IMG/VR virus record: IMGVR_UViG_3300017909_002551
Location: 1-57,394 of that record
Strand: one strand, 5' to 3'
Length of the DNA stretch: 57,394 nucleotides
Source of the DNA: a virus
Below the pieces are notes generated by a model, which saw only the letters and a list, made by a program, of their open reading frames with translations, was not told the DNA's origin and did no database searches. Position numbers and translations under genes: made by a program. Below are positions 1 to 6,539 of the stretch, piece after piece (position 1 is the stretch's first letter; each line of letters opens with the position of its first letter).

Positions 1-141
1 ACCCTTCTTGTAGTGCGCATCATACTTGGCACCCATGGCCGTGTACGAACCGCTCACACCAGACTTCGACTTGACGATGCTCTGCATGGTCTTGTCTAGG
101 TTCGGGTCATAAGCCTCGTCTGGCGCTGTCCCAAGTCCAGG
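1..141. repeat. Closure overlap: identical to 57254-57394 (unit genome 57,253 bp)
   Basis: The window starts ACCCTTCTTGTAGTGCGCATCATACTTGG. The same string restarts at 57254 and runs to the last base. The repeat sits inside a continuous minus-strand reading frame. Confidence 0.9.
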
Positions 142-1029
142 TGATGTGGCTCGACTTTCCTCGTCGCTGTCTCCACCGTCGCTGTCTCCACCGTCGCTGT
201 CCTCTTCACCACTCGCTGTTCCTTGGCTTCCTGTATCATCGCCATCATCAGCTTCGTCTGCCTCCGATTGACCAGCTTGTGATTGTTCCGTTGCCTGTTG
301 ATTGCACTCAGTCTTATCAGCATCACCGTCTCCATCGCCTTTCCGTTGCTGTTCTTCCTGCTCGGCTTGCTCGCGGTCGTAGTCCAGACCCCATTCGCCA
401 AGCAGTTTTTCGGACAGCTTGAACATGTCGAGCGTCGTGCCCTTCTTGGTTCCCATTGCGTCCACCGCACCCTCGATTTTGGCTCGGATGTCAGCGGGCA
501 ATGTGTCTAGGCACTTCGTGATAGTCGGGTCGTCGTAGCCCATGCGTCTACGTCCTTCCCATGTGATAGCCACGGCACCGACCCGTGCAATGTCGCTGGC
601 AATCGACGGGTCTTCTGCATGGTGCTCGAGGTACATGTTGTTCGCCCATTGAGACGTAGCCTCGAGGTTGCGCTTGGAGCCAGGGTATTCCTGTGTGATT
701 TGACGCTCGATGCGAACGTCCTCCAAGCCATTAGCAATCGGCATAAAGTGTGCATACCGCTTGAGCATCTGCTTCCATGGCTTGCGCTTGGATAGCCTGA
801 AGTTTGTGTGCCGACCATGGCCTGCCTCGTGGTCTACGAAACCACGCACAACAGCCACCTCTTCTGCCGTGTAATCCACGTTAGTAGGGATGGACGGAAG
901 CATGACCCGCTTGCCATCAGTAGCGGCCATGTTGCCACCAATCTCGACCTGCAAGTCTTGCGACCGATAGAACGTCTTGGATGTTTTAATGACCTCGTGG
1001 GTCAGCATGTCACCTGATATATTTCTCAT
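1..1029 (-). CDS. cobT: CobT-like vWA protein, N-terminal part (gene split by linearisation; continues 57394->56345, about 645 aa in total)
   Basis: Hand translation from ATG at 1029 gives an open frame to base 1: MRNISGDMLTHEVIKTSKTFYRSQDLQVEIGG...VDHEAGHGRHTNF...acidic linker DSDGGDSDGGDSDEE...DPNLDKTMQSIVKS. It joins in frame to the listed ORF 56345..57340. The ORF track missed it because it runs off the window edge. Confidence 0.85.
   Translation of the reverse strand, partial: MRNISGDMLTHEVIKTSKTFYRSQDLQVEIGGNMAATDGKRVMLPSIPTNVDYTAEEVAVVRGFVDHEAGHGRHTNFRLSKRKPWKQMLKRYAHFMPIANGLEDVRIERQITQEYPGSKRNLEATSQWANNMYLEHHAEDPSIASDIARVGAVAITWEGRRRMGYDDPTITKCLDTLPADIRAKIEGAVDAMGTKKGTTLDMFKLSEKLLGEWGLDYDREQAEQEEQQRKGDGDGDADKTECNQQATEQSQAGQSEADEADDGDDTGSQGTASGEEDSDGGDSDGGDSDEESRATSPGLGTAPDEAYDPNLDKTMQSIVKSKSGVSGSYTAMGAKYDAHYKKG
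162..204. repeat. 15-bp tandem repeat (about 2.8 copies) in the acidic linker of cobT
   Basis: CGTCGCTGTCTCCAC at 162-176 and 177-191, degenerate third copy 192-204. Encodes DSDGG DSDGG DSDEE on the minus strand. Confidence 0.8.
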
Positions 1030-1031
1030 GA

Positions 1032-2765
1032 TTAGCCCTCCGACTTGGCTGTGAATACGCGCTCAGCTAGACCCTCGAGAACCTGTCGGTCATCGCTGTC
1101 TGCCGCATTGAGAATGGAATGTTGCAACGCCAGCTTGAGGAACGCAGACGTAGCACCGAACGACCGCTTGTATTCAACAGCCGCAAGCGCAAACGCCAGT
1201 GTGTCCCGAGGCGAGCATGCAAGGGTCACATCTGCCTGCTTGAATGCAACACGATGCTCCGTTGCGTATGCAGCAATCGAACGTGCGTCCTTCGCATCAA
1301 TCGCTGGCACCTTCTCCTGAATGAGTTGGGCTTCCTCGTCTTGGCTCATGTAGTCAACCTCGAGGTAAGGCTTGAACCTGTTAACGAATGCTGTACCCAG
1401 CGCTCGAGTACCCGAGTAGAGACCCGTCTCGTCACCCCGACCATTCGTGTTGGCCGTGGCAAACATGCGGAAGTGTGGGTGCGGTGCAATGGTGCGACCA
1501 CCATCCTCGAGAAGCATGAAGCCCTTGCCCTCAGTCAGACGCTGTAGAACAAAGCCCAAGTCAGGACGTGACGCATCAATCTCGTCGAGCAACAGCCCAC
1601 ATGGCTGTTGCATCGCCATGGGTATGATGCCCTCGACAAACTCAGTAATCGTGTGACCGTCACCGTCAGTGCGTAGCACCTCACGTCCAACCAACTCGCC
1701 ACGGGTTATGTCGCTATCGAGATTGAGACGGAAGAGCGGAAGCTGTAGACGTGCATACACCTGCTCGATAAGCGTGGTCTTGCCAGTCCCAGTGTGCCCC
1801 TTGAGCCATGGGATGCGGCCATGCGTGATAGCCAGCAACACTGGCACCAACGTCTCGCTGTCGAAAACATAGTCCTCGTCCTTCTCTGGGATGTGAGGGT
1901 GGACACCGTCCCATTCACCCACTGGCACAGGCATCTCGAACATCGTGACGTCCTTGCCAGTAATCCCGAACGCCTCATGCGCTGGCTTCATGGTCACTGT
2001 GCCAGATGGTATGGCACCGTCCGACTGCACAGACACGGGTGCCATGACCGATGTAGTGGGCATGCTAGACAGCTTTTCGCGCAACTCCTCGACTTCGCTA
2101 GTCAACGAACCCAAGTCAGTACGCATTGTTCCAATCTCGCTGACCGATGGCATGTCTGCGCTGGCCAACAGCGCGTCCAGTGCGTCAGTGACAGCACTCG
2201 ACACTGGTTGTTTCGCTGTCGGAGCCGATGTAGGTGAGCCCTTGGGGGTTGCGAATATCTCGATACCCCAAACCTTCTTGGCGTGGTTAAGCGCGATGTC
2301 GATGAACGTCTCGTTGGCTCTGCCATCTGCGTCATATGGGTTACAGCTATCCCAGTCTTCGTGTAGACCGAACACTCTGCCACTACCCCGAGTGGATGAA
2401 GCGCACACTGTTTGGTCTACGAGAGCGTGAGACCACAGCCCTGCAAGCTCAGTCAACCACCCTGGCGCGTTGTAGCTGTCAGAGTTAACGATATGAAGCG
2501 CATACATTTGCGTAACCAATGCCGTGGCATTACCAAAGCATGCCGCAATGCCAGAGGCAGATGGTCTCGTTAGCGAGATAGACTTGCTCCATGAGCCTTG
2601 CTCCCACAAACGCTCGACCCATTCACTGTTTTGCCAATTTTTAGAGGTGCCCTCGAGGCATAGGGTCAGTGCTTTACGCAATGCGCTACGCTTCTCGGAA
2701 TATTTGTCGCTTTGCAATCCTTCGATTGCCAGCACGTCTTTGATAGTTTCTTCCCAAGATTTCAT
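1032..2765 (-). CDS. cobS: CobS-like AAA+ (MoxR-type) ATPase with an N-terminal extension of about 260 aa
   Basis: Walker A GHTGTGKTT and Walker B LLLDEID. CobS-like context IPWLKGHTGTGKTTLIEQVYARLQLPLFRLNLDSDITRGELVGR and MFATANTNGRGDETGLYSGT. AGGAG RBS before the ATG at 2765. Stop is 3 nt from the cobT start. Confidence 0.85.
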   Translation of the reverse strand: MKSWEETIKDVLAIEGLQSDKYSEKRSALRKALTLCLEGTSKNWQNSEWVERLWEQGSWSKSISLTRPSASGIAACFGNATALVTQMYALHIVNSDSYNAPGWLTELAGLWSHALVDQTVCASSTRGSGRVFGLHEDWDSCNPYDADGRANETFIDIALNHAKKVWGIEIFATPKGSPTSAPTAKQPVSSAVTDALDALLASADMPSVSEIGTMRTDLGSLTSEVEELREKLSSMPTTSVMAPVSVQSDGAIPSGTVTMKPAHEAFGITGKDVTMFEMPVPVGEWDGVHPHIPEKDEDYVFDSETLVPVLLAITHGRIPWLKGHTGTGKTTLIEQVYARLQLPLFRLNLDSDITRGELVGREVLRTDGDGHTITEFVEGIIPMAMQQPCGLLLDEIDASRPDLGFVLQRLTEGKGFMLLEDGGRTIAPHPHFRMFATANTNGRGDETGLYSGTRALGTAFVNRFKPYLEVDYMSQDEEAQLIQEKVPAIDAKDARSIAAYATEHRVAFKQADVTLACSPRDTLAFALAAVEYKRSFGATSAFLKLALQHSILNAADSDDRQVLEGLAERVFTAKSEG

Positions 2766-2801
2766 TAGGTTCTCCTTGATGCTTGAGAGTTACAGTTTCC
2801 G

Positions 2802-2828
2802 TGATAGTGACACCTAACGATGTCAAAA
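2802..2828 (-). promoter_or_regulatory. 27-nt promoter/operator-like block, 24/27 identical to 43780-43806
   Basis: TGATAGTGACACCTAACGATGTCAAAA versus TGATAGTGACACCTAAAGGTGTCATAA. Contains imperfect palindrome TGACACC-TAAC-GATGTCA. On the minus strand it reads TTTTGA-16nt-TATCAC, 37 nt upstream of the cobS start. Confidence 0.5.
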
Positions 2829-2847
2829 GAGCACGGTTTGGAATGAG

Positions 2848-2865
2848 TGTCAACATTTCGTGACA
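2848..2865. promoter_or_regulatory. Inverted repeat TGTCA-N8-TGACA
   Basis: TGTCAacatttcgTGACA. The same half-sites and 8-nt spacing occur at 54316-54333. AGTGTCAACA (2846-2855) is also found at 43816-43825. Confidence 0.4.
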
Positions 2866-2882
2866 CCCAAAGTGAAACAGCC

Positions 2883-2900
2883 CGACACCTTTCGGTGCCG
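2883..2900. promoter_or_regulatory. Palindrome/hairpin CGACACC-TTTC-GGTGCCG
   Basis: Member of the ACACC-N4-GGTG family. On the minus-strand RNA it would be a 7-bp stem (one G-U pair) with a GAAA tetraloop. Confidence 0.35.
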
Positions 2901-2910
2901 AGCCGTTTCA

Positions 2911-2942
2911 AAAACCCCTGTTCCCCTTCGGGGAACCGCGCG
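2911..2942 (-). promoter_or_regulatory. Conserved hairpin element, copy 1 (7-bp stem 2920-2926/2930-2936, 3-nt loop)
   Basis: AAAACCCCTGTTCCCCTTCGGGGAACCGCGCG. A near-identical element lies at 5751-5781. It lies between the stop of 2951..3346 and the cobS start. Confidence 0.5.
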
Positions 2943-2950
2943 TATTGGGG

Positions 2951-3346
2951 CTATTTCACGCGCGTGACCACGCTGACTGTTTGCTCAGGGATACGTGCCC
3001 CTGACATGACAGCGGGATTAATGACAAACTGACGACCTTTGCAGGTCTTGGTCTTAATCAGCCTGTTGACCTCGGCGTGCATTGCCTGAGCCTTGTCCAT
3101 GAATACTTGCTGTTCGTGCAAGACCATTTGGCGCAGACGAATGCGGCGAGACATCTGGTTCAGCTTCCTGCCAATGCCCACGGCAAACGGTTGGCCGTTC
3201 ACCATGATGGTTCGTCGTACCGTCTGGCACCCATGAACGTCGGTGAGCAGGAATGTTTGTTGCCTACTCTTCCGACGCGCGGGTTCGGGTTGGGTGGTGT
3301 CGGCCTTGCGACCGAAGATGTTTGAAACCATGTCTGTGAACATCAT
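2951..3346 (-). CDS. Hypothetical protein (131 aa)
   Basis: ORF track. AAGGAAAGGA-type RBS upstream of the double ATG at 3346/3343. No motif recognised. Confidence 0.5.
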   Translation of the reverse strand: MMFTDMVSNIFGRKADTTQPEPARRKSRQQTFLLTDVHGCQTVRRTIMVNGQPFAVGIGRKLNQMSRRIRLRQMVLHEQQVFMDKAQAMHAEVNRLIKTKTCKGRQFVINPAVMSGARIPEQTVSVVTRVK

Positions 3347-3361
3347 GTATCCTTTCCTTCA

Positions 3362-3682
3362 CTAGACGTTGAGGTTGGCCAGTTCGTACTGGCCTGTTTG
3401 GATGCGCTTGCGGGTGGCCGCAGTCGCTTCACCCAAGAACCTGTTGCGATAGCGAGCCGTGGTGATGGAGTGGTTCCAGTAGTCACGGTCTAGGCGTATA
3501 GGTTGCTTGGGATAGTCCACGGGACGCACCGCAATGGTGGTTCCGTAGGACACAAATGCCGTAGACCCGTCGTCGTAGTAGTGGACGAACTGGTCTTTGG
3601 CGGGTTTGCCGGACGACGTGAGCATCGCTTCCCGTATGGGTTCGTGCTCACGCCCTGGCTTGTGGACGATGATGGTTGTCAT
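3362..3682 (-). CDS. Hypothetical protein (106 aa)
   Basis: ORF track. AGGAGG RBS. ATGA stop/start overlap with the upstream gene. Confidence 0.55.
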   Translation of the reverse strand: MTTIIVHKPGREHEPIREAMLTSSGKPAKDQFVHYYDDGSTAFVSYGTTIAVRPVDYPKQPIRLDRDYWNHSITTARYRNRFLGEATAATRKRIQTGQYELANLNV

Positions 3683-3888
3683 GGTTGGCCTCCTTTCTCA
3701 TCGTCTGGTTGAATACCGAGTGCTTCATGGACGTTAGCCATTGCTTTGCAGACTTCGTCCCATGCTCCATCGCCAAGCGAGAAGAAACTTCCAGTCCTAG
3801 CGCAGTGGAGTGCTTCCCATATCGTTTCTAGGTCACGCTCCATCGCAACCCTCTGTGTAAACGATTTCGTCCGATGGTATTTCGTCAA
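3679..3888 (-). CDS. Hypothetical protein (69 aa)
   Basis: ORF track. Translationally coupled (ATGA) to 3362..3682. Confidence 0.45.
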   Translation of the reverse strand: MTKYHRTKSFTQRVAMERDLETIWEALHCARTGSFFSLGDGAWDEVCKAMANVHEALGIQPDDEKGGQP

Positions 3889-4060
3889 GCGCTATGTCGT
3901 CGTCGAGTACCTCGACCTCTATTTCTGACGATGTCCAGTCGTGGTCGTGCCTGAGCGGTAGTTGTTTGCAAGCAATCCTGATTGCCTCCATAACATCGTC
4001 TGTGTCTGTCTCAACGTAGATTTCGGCGTTTACTCTCACCTTGTATGTTGTGGTCATCAT
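3833..4060 (-). CDS. Hypothetical acidic protein (75 aa; start trimmed to the MMTTTYK Met)
   Basis: GGAGG immediately upstream of ATGATG at 4060/4057. ATGA overlap with the stop of 4057..4341. Confidence 0.5.
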   Translation of the reverse strand: MMTTTYKVRVNAEIYVETDTDDVMEAIRIACKQLPLRHDHDWTSSEIEVEVLDDDIALDEIPSDEIVYTEGCDGA

Positions 4061-4341
4061 GACCTCCACTTTCTCGCGTATGGGTGACGCGTGCTGTATG
4101 AGCGGAAGAAGTTGCGAATACGCATGTTGTCCATCAGGGTGTTTGTTCTGAACAAAACGCGCCCGAAACGACTTTGGTTGTCGCGCCTTATCGCTTTGAC
4201 TGAGCGCCAATATGGGTTGTTGCGTAGGCTCAGCGTCAAAGACCCTGAGACACTGCGCTTGTATGCGATTGACCACTGTTCTTTGCCGTACAGCGGTCGG
4301 GTGTAGTTGAACACCCGCATATGCCTTGTGTAGTATTTCAT
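4057..4341 (-). CDS. Hypothetical basic protein (94 aa)
   Basis: ORF track. The start lies in the conserved junction GAGGAAAACCAGCAATGAAA. Confidence 0.5.
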   Translation of the reverse strand: MKYYTRHMRVFNYTRPLYGKEQWSIAYKRSVSGSLTLSLRNNPYWRSVKAIRRDNQSRFGRVLFRTNTLMDNMRIRNFFRSYSTRHPYARKWRS

Positions 4342-4355
4342 TGCTGGTTTTCCTC
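4336..4355. repeat. 20-nt gene-junction cassette, copy 1 (identical to 4545-4564)
   Basis: TTTCATTGCTGGTTTTCCTC. The minus strand reads GAGGAAAACCAGCAATGAAA, which is the C-terminal EENQQ-stop of one gene plus the RBS and ATG-AAA of the next. Confidence 0.85.
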
Positions 4356-4550
4356 TATCACTTTGTGTTTGTATCGAAGGTCTGCCTCATAGAACTCGTC
4401 AGGGTCAGAGGCGTCTGGTATCGTGCATATCTCTTCATGCGGGTGAATGTAGAGGACAGGTGTTCCGTCCTCGTGCGTTTGGGTTTTGTTGTTCTCGTCT
4501 TGAGCCGCATAAACGACTGCCCACTGAACCATGTGTGTGATGTGTTTCAT
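4338..4550 (-). CDS. Hypothetical protein (70 aa)
   Basis: ORF track. It both starts and ends in the repeated junction cassette. Confidence 0.5.
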   Translation of the reverse strand: MKHITHMVQWAVVYAAQDENNKTQTHEDGTPVLYIHPHEEICTIPDASDPDEFYEADLRYKHKVIEENQQ

Positions 4551-4564
4551 TGCTGGTTTTCCTC
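4545..4564. repeat. 20-nt gene-junction cassette, copy 2
   Basis: Identical to 4336-4355. Confidence 0.85.
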
Positions 4565-4693
4565 CCAGATTAGGTGTTTGTCTGAGAACTCACGCAGTCG
4601 GTCTACGACCTCTTCATGCGTGAACCCTCGGTTGATGGCGTTATCGCCAAAGGCAATCTCGAAGACTGCCTCGATGAACTCGTGGTCATCCAT
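4547..4693 (-). CDS. Hypothetical protein (48 aa; start trimmed to MDDHEF)
   Basis: GGAGGA RBS 6 nt upstream of the ATG at 4693. Ends EENQQ-stop in the junction cassette. Confidence 0.45.
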   Translation of the reverse strand: MDDHEFIEAVFEIAFGDNAINRGFTHEEVVDRLREFSDKHLIWEENQQ

Positions 4694-4856
4694 TGGTATC
4701 CTCCTCTCGTGTGGCATTGACCAATATCCACGCAAACTCGTGCAGCTTGCGTCGTCGTTCGTCTTCGGTGAGTTCACTGTCGGGAGGGTCGTCGACCAGC
4801 ACGTTAATGAACCCGACGATGTCCTTGAGCGTCATGCCCAGATACCTCAGCGTCAT
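4686..4856 (-). CDS. Hypothetical protein (56 aa; start set at the ATGA junction)
   Basis: The ATG at 4856 overlaps the TGA of 4853..5053. The longer GTG-initiated ORF in the track reads through the tandem duplication. Confidence 0.4.
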   Translation of the reverse strand: MTLRYLGMTLKDIVGFINVLVDDPPDSELTEDERRRKLHEFAWILVNATREEDTNG

Positions 4857-4870
4857 GCCCAGATACCCCC
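4829..4870. repeat. 21-bp tandem duplication (2 copies, 19/21 identical)
   Basis: GCGTCATGCCCAGATACCTCA followed by GCGTCATGCCCAGATACCCCC. Each copy carries a TCATG stop/start junction. Confidence 0.85.
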
Positions 4871-5053
4871 TTGCATCAAATCCCACACGTAAGCGCCGAC
4901 AATGCCAGCGACTACGTGCGTTGCGATTAGTGTTAGACCGACAAGCGTGGCAGACACGATGCGTTCACGTCTGGCCATGAGGTCGGCACGAGCGAGGACG
5001 TGCGTCATTGACGCATCGTCTCGCATGAGTTGGTCGATTGATGTTTGTCTCAT
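4853..5053 (-). CDS. Hypothetical small membrane protein (66 aa)
   Basis: AGGAG RBS. Hydrophobic stretch VSATLVGLTLIATHVVAGIVGAYVW. ATGA coupling at both ends. Confidence 0.45.
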   Translation of the reverse strand: MRQTSIDQLMRDDASMTHVLARADLMARRERIVSATLVGLTLIATHVVAGIVGAYVWDLMQGGIWA

Positions 5054-5184
5054 TGGTCGTCTCCTGTGATGAGGCGTGGTTGATTTGCCATGACGAATGC
5101 GAATATCTCCATCGTGTCAGCGTCAGTGGCTGGCACTTCGTCGAAGTCGTCGTCATACGGGTTTGTGTTGTTGTCGATTGCCAT
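5050..5184 (-). CDS. Hypothetical acidic mini-protein (44 aa)
   Basis: AGGAGGA RBS before the ATG at 5184 (MAIDNNTNPYDDDFDE...). The long upstream extension in the ORF track crosses a terminator. Confidence 0.4.
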   Translation of the reverse strand: MAIDNNTNPYDDDFDEVPATDADTMEIFAFVMANQPRLITGDDQ

Positions 5185-5262
5185 TGGAAATCCTCCTGTG
5201 ATGGCGTTGTTGGTCGTTCGTGATTGGCGTTCGTGTGTGTGCAACGACCAGTGAAAGCACAC

Positions 5263-5292
5263 AAAAAAAACCCCACACCCGAAGGTGTGGGG
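5263..5292 (-). terminator. Rho-independent terminator (minus strand)
   Basis: The minus strand reads CCCCACACC-TTCG-GGTGTGGGG followed by T8. It lies 20 nt after the stop of 5312..5677. Confidence 0.8.
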
Positions 5293-5311
5293 TTCTGATT
5301 GGCGCGCGCGA

Positions 5312-5677
5312 TTACTTGTTGCGATTGGCCAGCTCGGTTGTGAGCATCGCGACCATGCCCGCGAGGTCAGCATCGCTCATGGCCGAGACGCCTTGAGCGA
5401 CCGAAGCCTGAGGCTTCGCCTTAGGCTTCGCCTTGGGCTTGGACGCCTTCGGCGTCTTGGACGCCTCAAACGCGGCAACGTAGTCGGGCTTGCCTTCGGC
5501 AAGCTGCGCGATAAACGCCTGCGTGCGCTTGGCCTTGCCTGAGCCAGCCTTCGCCTTCGCGAGACGTTCTTTCAGAACGTCTACGGCCTCGGCGATGAGG
5601 TTCTCACGCGCGCCAGCGCTTGCGGTTTCGATGATGGTTTGGATGTCGCGCAAAGATGCGCCTGCGAAATTGCTCAT
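5312..5677 (-). CDS. Hypothetical Lys/Ala-rich protein (121 aa)
   Basis: AGGAG RBS before the ATG at 5677 (MSNFAGASLRD...). KPKAKPKAKP low-complexity stretch. Followed by a terminator. Confidence 0.6.
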   Translation of the reverse strand: MSNFAGASLRDIQTIIETASAGARENLIAEAVDVLKERLAKAKAGSGKAKRTQAFIAQLAEGKPDYVAAFEASKTPKASKPKAKPKAKPQASVAQGVSAMSDADLAGMVAMLTTELANRNK

Positions 5678-5750
5678 GGAAAATCTCCTTTGTGAGCGTG
5701 ACTGCGAGCGGGACTCCGCAAGCAGGGAGCAGGCAGACTGCTCCACTCCA

Positions 5751-5781
5751 TAAACCCCTTGTTCCCTTCGGGAACCGTGCG
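5751..5781 (-). promoter_or_regulatory. Conserved hairpin element, copy 2 (stem 5761-5766/5770-5775, loop TTC)
   Basis: TAAACCCCTTGTTCCCTTCGGGAACCGTGCG aligns with 2911-2942. It heads the leader of the leftward operon, 85-100 nt upstream of the ATG at 5677. Confidence 0.5.
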
Positions 5782-5788
5782 GACGACC
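5781..5788 (+). promoter_or_regulatory. GGACGACC motif copy (intergenic)
   Basis: Exact 8-mer at the left edge of the divergent intergenic region. Confidence 0.25.
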
Positions 5789-5913
5789 GCCCACGCGCGT
5801 GTGTGTAACGTACTGAAATGGTTACACTTGGCTCTCAGACCTTATCGTTCGCACGTGTGGTGAGCACGCGTGAGAAAATAGCCCGAAAATCACCCCTTGA
5901 AGGGGAGCGAAAC

Positions 5914-5934
5914 CCGCAGATTTCTGCGGTTTTT
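5914..5934 (+). terminator. Orphan terminator-like hairpin (plus strand) in the divergent intergenic region
   Basis: CCGCAG-ATTT-CTGCGG followed by T5. There is no plus-strand gene upstream of it. Confidence 0.4.
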
Positions 5935-5970
5935 GGCGGGGTTGTGTCATTTTTGTGCCGCGTATTGGCA

Positions 5971-5979
5971 GGGGGGGGG
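5971..5979. repeat. G9 homopolymer
   Basis: GGGGGGGGG about 90 nt upstream of the first virion-block gene. Confidence 0.9.
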
Positions 5980-6068
5980 CATACCCGCCGTCCGCCGCGC
6001 GGTCATGGTCTAATCAACGTCACCAGGGGGTCTCGAGTAGCGAGCAAATTTGAAAATGTTGGGAAACA

Positions 6069-6539
6069 ATGGCTAAAACAAAGTTCACAAACCGCGTAAG
6101 CGTGCAAACAGCGACAGGACAAGTCGCTTTATCACCAAATCAGGTGGCCAATCTGCGCGGACAGATAGCCAGAAAAATGGAAAATCACATAGTTCTGGCC
6201 GATGAAGTCATCAAAGGCCACATAGAGTGGACGCCTACGCAGGCACGGGTGTTTTCAAACCTACTTAATAAGGTAATCCCCGACCTTTCCGCCTCATTCC
6301 ACCAACACGAGCACAGTCACCGTGCTCTCAATGAAATGTCTCGCGAGGAGCTGGAGCGCATTGCCTCTGGGGTGGACGAGATTATTGATGCAGAACCTAT
6401 AGAGGAGCATAACGATGACGGAAAAGAACAAGGGCATAGTGAGCAATCCGATAGCGGAGGCAGTGCCGACCAAAATCTCGACAGCGGAGCTGGGCAAGGC
6501 AATGGGGCAACTCGACCTCAGTTCCGTGCCGAAACATAA
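6069..6539 (+). CDS. Possible small terminase subunit / DNA-binding protein (156 aa)
   Basis: First gene of the rightward block, two genes before terL. Acidic C-terminal tail. The assignment is positional only. Confidence 0.35.
   Translation: MAKTKFTNRVSVQTATGQVALSPNQVANLRGQIARKMENHIVLADEVIKGHIEWTPTQARVFSNLLNKVIPDLSASFHQHEHSHRALNEMSREELERIASGVDEIIDAEPIEEHNDDGKEQGHSEQSDSGGSADQNLDSGAGQGNGATRPQFRAET

Noticed and set aside
96-818. Listed minus-strand ORFs 96..470 and 507..818, and plus-strand ORFs 141..422, 283..510 and 808..1017
   Set aside because: A third minus-strand frame is open from 1029 to base 1. It gives a sensible CobT-like sequence continuous with 56345..57340. The listed ORFs are off-frame shadows with odd composition.
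4326-4892. 188-aa plus-strand ORF across the leftward small-gene cluster
   Set aside because: The minus-strand small genes have strong RBSs and ATGA couplings. The plus-strand ORF has neither and would run against the operon.
5271-5292. CACACC-CGAA-GGTGTG as another operator of the ACACC-N4-GGTGT family
   Set aside because: It is part of a 9-bp GC-rich stem followed by T8 on the minus strand, directly after a stop codon. A plain intrinsic terminator explains it better.
5478-5496. 7-bp stem / TTC-loop hairpin GCTTGCC-TTC-GGCAAGC resembling the conserved hairpin elements
   Set aside because: It lies within the coding sequence of 5312..5677 (LAEGKP) and lacks the conserved flanks (AAACCCCT / CGYGCG). 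It is probably coincidental.
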